Part shown: in pieces, positions 54,459-64,000 of the stretch | How positions within the stretch are numbered: position 1 is the first letter of the stretch | Layout: every line of letters starts with the position of its first letter | Source: an uncultured Hyphomicrobiales bacterium | GTDB lineage: Bacteria; Bacteroidota; Ignavibacteria; Kapaibacteriales; UBA7675 | Direction: 5' to 3' | Assembly (NCBI GenBank): GCA_964445695.1 | Contig: CAYULF010000028.1 | Location: 7,103-71,102, forward strand | DNA: 64,000 bases | The notes under the pieces: model-generated | The model's database searches: none | Told to the model about the DNA's origin: nothing | What the model saw: the letters and a program-made list of their open reading frames with translations, nothing else | Position numbers and translations under genes: made by a program

Positions 54459-55634
54459 TCAGGCCAGCGCCTGACGGCAGGCGGCAATGCGGCGCACTAT
54501 ATCCTGCGTCCCGGCGGCAAGCGGTCTGGCGATCTCGTAAAACTCCAAAGCGCGTGCGTAGTTGCGCTTCTGCTCGTATAAATATCCACCGATAAACATG
54601 GCGTCATAGGATGGTTCTTCGCGCGCCAGCTCACAGTATTCCAGCGCCTCGTCAATCTTGCCTTGTTTAAGCAGAACCTTGGCGATCTCGGCGTACAATG
54701 CACCGCGTTTAACACGATAAAAACGACGGTCAATTGAAGCAGCGTCAATTTCGCGGTAGCGTTTAAGTGCGCCGTCCGGGTGATCCTCCAGCTGGTCCAA
54801 CACCGCCAGCAGATACTCGGCAAAAATGTTGCCGCCCATCTGGGTCGCCTTGATGGCCAACGAACGCGACTGTCGCAGTTTTTCGCCCTCGCGGCGATGG
54901 ACGTCGGCCTGCAGCGCAAGCAACATTGAACGGGCCGTCCCCGGCAGATCGTTGGTCTGCGACGACAGCGCAATACGGAAGTTTTCGTTGGCGCGCTCGT
55001 AGTCGCCGGCGTAGTAATGGTTCAGCGCCAGGTGGGTGCGGATCCAGGCCTCGGTCGGGTCGTTGTTAAGCTCGGATTCAAACAGGCGGCGGTTGCGCAC
55101 GTGGCGCATGCGATCCGCGCTCTCAAATCCGTGATGCAGAATTTCGATGTCGGAAGTCTCCGCCGAACGCGTCGTGCGGCGCAGAGCGTCACGAATAGTT
55201 TCGTGCACGCGGCCCTTGTAGCGCAGTCGATCATCGCGGCGGAACAGGCGCGTGGACGGCAGCGGCAAAAGCGGCACAACCACCTCCTGCGGCAGCAGGT
55301 TCATGACGGTGCAACTGTAGGCTATGTGCGGCCCTTTCATTGCGCTGCGGATTTTGTCCTGTGATCCGGCGTCGACGCGTTCGTCGGCGTCGAGCATCAA
55401 AACCCAGTCTTTTGTGGCGTGCTCCAACAGAGTGTTGCGAGCCGTACCAAAGTCGTCGGTCCAGGTTGTCGACTCCGCGCGCGCACCGGCGGCTTTGGCA
55501 ATGTGCAGGCTGTCGTCGGTGGAACCCGTATCGAGCACCACGATTTCGTCCGCCAGATCGCGCACGTTCTCAAGCAATCCCGGGAGAGAATCGGCTTCGT
55601 TTTTGACCAGTACACAAACAGACAAAGATGCCAT
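54459..55634 (-). CDS. Glycosyltransferase family 2 with C-terminal TPR-like repeats
   Basis: LSVCVLVKNE, EIVVLDTGSTD, DFG.ARN, WVLMLDADE (DXD), RLFR...Y.GRVHE, H.G; helical TPR-like tail. Confidence 0.9.
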   Translation of the reverse strand: MASLSVCVLVKNEADSLPGLLENVRDLADEIVVLDTGSTDDSLHIAKAAGARAESTTWTDDFGTARNTLLEHATKDWVLMLDADERVDAGSQDKIRSAMKGPHIAYSCTVMNLLPQEVVVPLLPLPSTRLFRRDDRLRYKGRVHETIRDALRRTTRSAETSDIEILHHGFESADRMRHVRNRRLFESELNNDPTEAWIRTHLALNHYYAGDYERANENFRIALSSQTNDLPGTARSMLLALQADVHRREGEKLRQSRSLAIKATQMGGNIFAEYLLAVLDQLEDHPDGALKRYREIDAASIDRRFYRVKRGALYAEIAKVLLKQGKIDEALEYCELAREEPSYDAMFIGGYLYEQKRNYARALEFYEIARPLAAGTQDIVRRIAACRQALA

Positions 55635-55787
55635 ACTGCCGCAGCGTTTTGTCGATCGGGCCTTCAGAAATCAACGCCCGTTAACACGAATTCAATGCAG
55701 TTGCAGCCCGCGGACACACCTGGGCGTGTTGAGGCGCTAAACCGCCTAATATACATTTTGTTTTGCCGGTTTCAGAATGCCGGTCGA

Positions 55788-58529
<2,742 letters not shown>

Positions 58530-58667
58530 TCCAAAAACACGAACAGCCGCACCGGCAGGTGCGACTGCGTTGCTAAGGCTGAAACTTCACTTTGCAAAAT
58601 TACAATTTTTTGGCGCAAGCTGTGGGCCTGCGGCTCGTCACGCGTTGACAAACAAAAGAGGCATTTG

Positions 58668-60029
58668 TCAGGGCAAATCGAATTTCTTGCGGATTTCCCA
58701 CAGGGTTTTGCGGCTGATGCTCAGCGAGGCGGCGGTTTTTTCCAGGTTGCTCTGGTAGAATTCGAGCGTCTGGCGGACGTATTCGCCCTGCAAGTCCTTG
58801 ATCGAAAGTCCTTGTGGAATGGAAAAGACCGTGCCCGTTTGGCCGGAAGACCAGCCGGCGGTGCCGAGCGTCAGATTGCGCAGTGTGATAACGTCTTTGA
58901 CGGCGTCGAGCATGGCGCGATCCAGAGCGTTGTGCAGTTCCGAGATATTGTGCGGCCAGGCATAAGAAACCAGGCGTGTCATTGCCTCTTCGTCCACCGA
59001 AAAATTGCGCATGCGGCGCATGGAATTTTCTTCAAGGTAAAAATGCGTCAGATCGGGAATGTCTTCCGGGCGTTTGGCAAGTGAAGGCACCTGGATGACC
59101 GAGTCGCCAATGTCCCGCAGGAGGTCGGGATCGATGTTGTGTTTTTCGGTCAATTCCTCGATATCGGGCACATCGGAAACAAAGATGACGCGGACATTGA
59201 CGGGAATATCTTCGTTCGAACCAACGGGACGAATGCCGTGCCCGGAGCCGGCGTCGTAGAAAGCGCGCAGCACACTGGGTTCGAGTTTTTCGGGATGCTC
59301 AATAATTACTGTGCCGCCGTCGGCCTGTTCGAGCACACCCCGCTGACGGACGGGCGTACCGCCGTCGGACGGTCGGTTCATCTGCCCCAGAAAAAAGGCG
59401 CGCTGGTCGTCCGGCTCGATCTGATTGGCGCGATAGGTGGCCAGCAGTCCGCCGATGGCCGCACTTCCGTAGTGGATGACCCGGGCGAGGTGCCGTTTGC
59501 CCGCACCGTATTCGCCGAGAATCCAGATGGGACGAGCCGGAGCGGAAATGGCTTTGACGGCTTCTTCGCGCAATTTGCGTGCGTGTTTGCTCTCGCCCAC
59601 GATACTCGTAACGGAAAAACGATCGCGTTTAGCCAGCAGTTCGGATTTGGCGGAGGATCGCAGCGCACCGACTTCCAGAGCACGGCGGACGCGCAGGACA
59701 AATTCGTCCTTGTCGATCGGCTTGGTAATATAGTCGTCAACACCGGCTTTCATGGCGCGCACCGCCGTCTCGATTTTTGCCTCGGTGGTGAGCATAATAA
59801 CGGGGATGTGCTGGCGCCGTTTCCGGACGAACTGGAGCACGTCGATACCGCTCATTTCAGGCATCAAAAGGTCGAGGACAATGACGTCCGGCCCTGATAC
59901 TTCAAAAGAAGCCAGAAAGCGTTGTGGAGAATTATACAGGAGGACGTCGGCACCGGAAGTTGAAAGCACCTTACCGAGATATCGCAACATGTGGGCATCA
60001 TCGTCGATGATGCTGATCTGGTTTCGCAT
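58668..60029 (-). CDS. NtrC-like response regulator (REC + degenerate sigma-54-activator AAA+ domain + Fis HTH)
   Basis: IDDD, VLDLLMPEMSG and ITKP receiver motifs; AAA+ remnants GEYGAGKR, ADGGTV and YAWPHNISEL; HTH NLEKTAASLSISRKTLW. Start re-set to MRNQISIIDDD. Confidence 0.88.
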   Translation of the reverse strand: MRNQISIIDDDAHMLRYLGKVLSTSGADVLLYNSPQRFLASFEVSGPDVIVLDLLMPEMSGIDVLQFVRKRRQHIPVIMLTTEAKIETAVRAMKAGVDDYITKPIDKDEFVLRVRRALEVGALRSSAKSELLAKRDRFSVTSIVGESKHARKLREEAVKAISAPARPIWILGEYGAGKRHLARVIHYGSAAIGGLLATYRANQIEPDDQRAFFLGQMNRPSDGGTPVRQRGVLEQADGGTVIIEHPEKLEPSVLRAFYDAGSGHGIRPVGSNEDIPVNVRVIFVSDVPDIEELTEKHNIDPDLLRDIGDSVIQVPSLAKRPEDIPDLTHFYLEENSMRRMRNFSVDEEAMTRLVSYAWPHNISELHNALDRAMLDAVKDVITLRNLTLGTAGWSSGQTGTVFSIPQGLSIKDLQGEYVRQTLEFYQSNLEKTAASLSISRKTLWEIRKKFDLP

Positions 60030-60404
60030 GGTTCGCGTAGCTTTAGAAGGAAGATTTACGGCGAAAATTAGCAAAAAGCCGCAATTTCGACTAAAAAATA
60101 TACGCGAAAGGCTTTTGCTGTTACGTGCCGGCGCAAAATAAGCTGTTGAAATCGATTACTGCAAACGCATTGACAAACTTCCGGGCGACTCAGCTGTAGT
60201 GCCGAACGAAGAGTGACGCCGGAGACGGGATGGTTACCGCGAGATTGGCGGTGCGTTACCAAAATCTTCAATTGCGCATTTTTTCATTTATGCATACTTT
60301 TTATGGGTTAATCGCCAGAAAAGCACTAATTTGTGTAATTCTCAGGCGAATGTCCTTTTACGAATCTGAATACAACTGTAAGCTACTGTGACTTTGGAGG
60401 ATGC

Positions 60405-60689
60405 ATGCGACAAAATTTTAAAGCATTGCTTGTGAGCGGCCTGATTGGCCTGTCTTCATTGGCGATGTTTTCCTGCACTTCAATGATTACGCCGGAACAA
60501 TTGCAAGAGATCCGCGAGCTGCGTCAGCGCCAGGCACAACTGGAAGAGACGATCCGCAAGCGCGAGGCCGACCTGGCCGGATTGCAAACCGAAGTGAAGG
60601 CGCGTCAACGCGAACTGGACAAATGCCAGGAAGTGAAAGCCTTCATTGAGGAAAAACTGGCGAACTGGCCGAATGTCTGGCCCGACTAA
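60405..60689 (+). CDS. Small coiled-coil lipoprotein
   Basis: GGAGG SD, hydrophobic signal ending AMFS-C (lipobox-like), heptad-rich mature part. Confidence 0.75.
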   Translation: MRQNFKALLVSGLIGLSSLAMFSCTSMITPEQLQEIRELRQRQAQLEETIRKREADLAGLQTEVKARQRELDKCQEVKAFIEEKLANWPNVWPD

Positions 60690-60821
60690 TTCACCAGGCC
60701 AAATGCCGACCGCCAGAGTCCCCACGCTCGCAATCGGCCGGCAACGGATTTGCCTCCCGACAAATTCCTGGACAAAACTATGAACACATTACCCCAATCA
60801 ACTAGCATCAAAGTGCACGGA

Positions 60822-61622
60822 ATGAAACGTACATTTCTCCTACTGGTCCTGGCTCTGACGGTCCTCGCGGTTCCGGTCCTGGCGCAGCAGTACAATCCTC
60901 AGACGCCTGATGAAAAACTGACGGAAGAGCACGCTGCCATCCGCATTTCCCAACTGAAGGAAAAAGTAGCGGATCTGGAAAAGCGCCTCAATGAGGTTGA
61001 CGGCGACATTACCAAGGCCCGCGCGGAACTGGATCGCCTCAACGAAGAGCTTAAAAAATGTAATGAAGCGCTCTATGCGCTCGTCGGCGCTACGCAAGCC
61101 GATATCGATGCATTTGCTCAGAAACTGGGTGTCCTTGAAGGCAAAGTGCGCGAAATGAAGCGCCTGTCCAATGACGAGCTGGCCGACCGCCGCGCTGAAG
61201 TCGAAGAACTGGACCGCCAGTACAAAGAGCTCCAGAAAAACAAAATCTCGGTGATGCCGCAGTTCTACGATCGCATGGTTCAACTGGGCCGCGACATCAA
61301 AGGACTGTATCGCGAGAAGAAAATCACGACCTACACGGTGGGCACCTGGGCCAAAGATCGCGACTGTCTGTGGAATATCGCTGCCAAAAACGATATTTAC
61401 GCCGACGCTTTCATGTGGCCGAAAATCTGGCAGGCCAACACGGATCAAATCCGCAACCCGGACATTATCTTCCCGGGTCAGGTCCTGCAAATTCCGCCCA
61501 AAGGCCCGAAAACGAGCGACGAGCAGAAAGCCGAACGTCGCTACTGGCGTCAGAAACGCGAAGCCGCAGCCGGTTCCACCGGTGATGCTTCCTCCGACGC
61601 GGGTACCAGCTCCGGCAATTGA
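60822..61622 (+). CDS. Exported coiled-coil protein with C-terminal LysM peptidoglycan-binding domain
   Basis: Signal MKRTFLLLVLALTVLAVPVLA-Q; YTVGTWAKDRDCLWNIAAK..IY.D..MWPKIWQAN.DQIRNPDIIFPGQVLQIP. The start could also be 60780. Confidence 0.9.
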   Translation: MKRTFLLLVLALTVLAVPVLAQQYNPQTPDEKLTEEHAAIRISQLKEKVADLEKRLNEVDGDITKARAELDRLNEELKKCNEALYALVGATQADIDAFAQKLGVLEGKVREMKRLSNDELADRRAEVEELDRQYKELQKNKISVMPQFYDRMVQLGRDIKGLYREKKITTYTVGTWAKDRDCLWNIAAKNDIYADAFMWPKIWQANTDQIRNPDIIFPGQVLQIPPKGPKTSDEQKAERRYWRQKREAAAGSTGDASSDAGTSSGN

Positions 61623-61648
61623 TGCCCAACGGAACCACGGAACCTTTC

Positions 61649-61686
61649 AAAAGTCCCGCGCGCCGTTTGGCGGCGGGACTTTTTTA
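61649..61686 (+). terminator. Intrinsic terminator after the LysM gene
   Basis: AAAAGTCCCGC...GCGGGACTTTTTT. Confidence 0.85.
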
Positions 61687-61775
61687 TTTGTTGTATTTTT
61701 GCCTGATGCGCGTCACTGACTGCTCTCCTCGCGGCAGCGTCAACTAAACGGGCTGCCGGATATCAACCGGAAAAC

Positions 61776-62867
61776 ATGGAACGTATGGAGTTGGAAGAAA
61801 AAAGAATCAACCTTGAAGCATCCGACCGACTGCTGCTCCTGGGCTACAACGACACTAATCTGAACCTGATCGAAAAACGCTTTGAAGCTTCGATAACCGT
61901 GCGCGGCGAGTGGGCGATAGTTCGCGGCCGGCCGGAAGACATCAAACGCGTTGAAACGGTGATCAAAGAGCTGCAGTACATTATCAACCGCACCGGCGAA
62001 CTCAGCCAGGAGGACGTACTCACGGTCATCGACCTGGTCGGCGGCGTGCCCGAGCGGCGCACCCCCGGCAAAGGCGGCGGCAACGAAAAACTGGTGTACC
62101 GCGGTGTAAAAGAAGACATCAACACACGAACGCCGACGCAGCTGGACTACGTGCGCCGCGTCCGCGAAAACGACGTCGTCTTTGCAATCGGCCCGGCCGG
62201 TACGGGTAAAACCTACCTTGCGGTGGCCCTGGCGCTGGCGGCGCTCAAACGCGGCGACGTCTCCCGCGTACTGGTCTCGCGGCCGGCCGTCGAAGCCGGC
62301 GAGTCGCTGGGATTCCTGCCGGGCGACTTCCAGGAAAAAGTCGATCCATATCTGCGTCCGATTTTCGACGCCCTTGCCGACATGCTCGGGGCGGAAAAAC
62401 TGCGCAGTTTACTGGAAAAACGCATCGTCGAAGTTATTCCGCTGGCCTACATGCGCGGACGCACGTTCAACGGCGCGTTCATCGTACTGGACGAGGCGCA
62501 GAACACGACCGTCACACAGATGAAAATGTTCCTGACGCGTCTGGGCCGAAACTCCAAAACGATCATTACGGGCGACATCACGCAGATCGACCTGCCTTCG
62601 CGCTCAATGTCCGGCCTGGTCAACGTGCAGGACGTACTGAAAGATGTTAACGGCATAGAATTTGTCTATTTTAACCGCGGCGACGTCGTGCGCCATCGCC
62701 TGGTGGCGGACATCATCAAGGCGTATGAAGACCACGACAACGAACGCGAAGCGGAAGAACACGGCGGTGATCGCCGCGCGAGGTACAAACATGCCGAACC
62801 TGCGAATCCCGCAGACAAAGCGGAAGGCGGACAACCCGAAGACGGTACGGTCCCGGCCGCGCTGTAA
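61776..62867 (+). CDS. phoH: PhoH-family ATPase (PhoH-like/YbeZ)
   Basis: GPAGTGKT, RPAVEAGE.LGFLPGD, PLAYMRGRT, LDEAQN, GDITQIDLP, DVVRH.LV..II.AYE. Confidence 0.93.
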   Translation: MERMELEEKRINLEASDRLLLLGYNDTNLNLIEKRFEASITVRGEWAIVRGRPEDIKRVETVIKELQYIINRTGELSQEDVLTVIDLVGGVPERRTPGKGGGNEKLVYRGVKEDINTRTPTQLDYVRRVRENDVVFAIGPAGTGKTYLAVALALAALKRGDVSRVLVSRPAVEAGESLGFLPGDFQEKVDPYLRPIFDALADMLGAEKLRSLLEKRIVEVIPLAYMRGRTFNGAFIVLDEAQNTTVTQMKMFLTRLGRNSKTIITGDITQIDLPSRSMSGLVNVQDVLKDVNGIEFVYFNRGDVVRHRLVADIIKAYEDHDNEREAEEHGGDRRARYKHAEPANPADKAEGGQPEDGTVPAAL

Positions 62868-62909
62868 TAGTCGGCAAACGCCGGGCGAAGGGCGGTCAAC
62901 AGAACAGGT

Positions 62910-63725
62910 ATGAGCCAGGAACTATTCAGCATAGGTTTTGTGGATGTGACGCTGCTCGACGTTGTCGACATAGCCATCGTCACCGCCATATTCTATCGCC
63001 TCTATCAGTCGCTGCGCAACACCGTCACATTTCAGGTGATTGCCGGCGTCCTGGTGGTAATGGGCCTCTACCTGTTCACGACGGCCTTCGACATCCGCGC
63101 TTTGAACTGGCTGTTGGGGTCGCTGTCGGACATCTGGCTGATCGCCTTTATTATTCTCTTTCAGCCTGAAATTCGGCGGCTGCTGATTCCGTTGCTGCGC
63201 GCTCCCCTGTTTAACTTCTTTGCCAAGACCGACATCACCGAGACGATAGACGAGGTGCTGGACGCCGTCCGTGAAATGTCCGAAAAACACACGGGCGCGC
63301 TGATAGTGTTCTCGCGCGACCGCAACGTGACAATTTCGACAGACACGGGCGTGACGATCCAGGGACAGCTGACGAAGGAATTGTTAATCTCGATTTTCAA
63401 CGTCAAATCGCCGTTGCACGACGGCGCGGTGATAGTGCAGAACGGCCACGTGCAGGCGGCGGGATGCATTCTGCCGCTCAGTCTAACAACGCGACTGGAA
63501 AACCAGAATCTGGGCACGCGCCACCGCGCGGCGCTCGGTATCTCCGAACAGGCCGACGTGCTGGCGCTGGTCGTTTCGGAAGAATCGGGCTTTATCTCTG
63601 TGGCGGAGGAAGGACGCCTGATTCGTGGCTTGACGCTGGACCAGCTTGAAGAGCAGCTGCGCGAGAGCCTGACGCTGGAAAACCCGCAGCGCGAACGCCA
63701 ACTGTTCTCCTTCGGCAGCAGTTGA
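62910..63725 (+). CDS. cdaA: Membrane diadenylate cyclase (c-di-AMP synthase, DisA_N/DAC domain)
   Basis: Three N-terminal TM segments with FQPEIRR; SPLHDGAVI and GTRHRAALGISE catalytic motifs; VVSEESG.IS. Confidence 0.93.
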   Translation: MSQELFSIGFVDVTLLDVVDIAIVTAIFYRLYQSLRNTVTFQVIAGVLVVMGLYLFTTAFDIRALNWLLGSLSDIWLIAFIILFQPEIRRLLIPLLRAPLFNFFAKTDITETIDEVLDAVREMSEKHTGALIVFSRDRNVTISTDTGVTIQGQLTKELLISIFNVKSPLHDGAVIVQNGHVQAAGCILPLSLTTRLENQNLGTRHRAALGISEQADVLALVVSEESGFISVAEEGRLIRGLTLDQLEEQLRESLTLENPQRERQLFSFGSS

Positions 63726-63820
63726 TACTCTCCGTCAGCACTACGACAGACATTGGTCAGAACGAATTGCAACACGACTGTTAAACAAAAAATCAGCGTG
63801 CAAACCGGCATCAGGGGAAT

Positions 63821-64000
63821 ATGAAAACACAATCGCGTTACAACCGCACGGAACTTGCACGCGCGGAATTGCTGCGGGAACTGAGGCAGCAGGGCATTGA
63901 AAACGAAGCGGTTCTGGCAGCCATCGGCAGAGTGCCGCGCGAGGCATTTGTTTCGGAGGCTTTCGGCGCGCGCGCCTACGAAAACTCGGCTTTGCCGATC
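63821..64000 (+). CDS. pcm: Protein-L-isoaspartate O-methyltransferase, N-terminal 60 codons (runs off right edge)
   Basis: Not in the ORF track. Hand translation [60 protein letters not shown] matches the VPR..FV....AY...LPI signature; an AGGGG SD lies upstream. Confidence 0.85.
   Translation, partial: MKTQSRYNRTELARAELLRELRQQGIENEAVLAAIGRVPREAFVSEAFGARAYENSALPI

Noticed and set aside
60171-60200. TTGACA as a sigma-70 -35 element for the lipoprotein/LysM unit
   Set aside because: No convincing -10 hexamer at 16-18 bp, so it was not reported as a promoter.

Overview
A 64-kb bacterial chromosomal segment, GC-rich and mostly minus-strand. The lineage is inferred to be Bacteroidota/FCB-group (Kapabacteria/Ignavibacteria-like), because T9SS-type C-terminal sorting modules occur together with GGAG Shine-Dalgarno sites. 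The left 42 kb is a cell-surface island with two modules. (1) 1-15.9 kb: a tandem array of at least four paralogous ~1500-aa secreted proteins with T9SS-type CTDs. The three complete copies each end in their own terminator, and all four are preceded by the same TGTAACC-N14-GTGTT ECF-sigma-like motif. One copy is strongly codon-optimised. (2) 16.2-41.8 kb: a cluster encoding a fibre-repeat protein, a 4820-aa beta-solenoid-like adhesin with an inserted GEVED domain, a codon-optimised 760-aa homologue with Cys only at its two ends, a third homologue ending in a dockerin-like module, a cohesin-like/T9SS-CTD protein, an OmpA-family protein and two orphan NarL-type regulators. A 9-2-9 inverted repeat sits exactly 158 bp upstream of both transcription units. 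I propose that module 2 is a candidate undescribed surface-filament system; this is inference. The right 22 kb is mostly housekeeping: nagZ, thioesterase, ltaE, acyl-CoA synthetase, coiled-coil protein, thiolase, GT2-TPR, valS, a degenerate NtrC-like regulator, a lipoprotein, a LysM protein, phoH, cdaA and partial pcm. Two long intergenic regions there hold tandem repeats and a dispersed three-block motif. No rRNA, tRNA, CRISPR array, transposase, integrase or reverse transcriptase was found. All alignments and counts were done by eye; no database searches were run.
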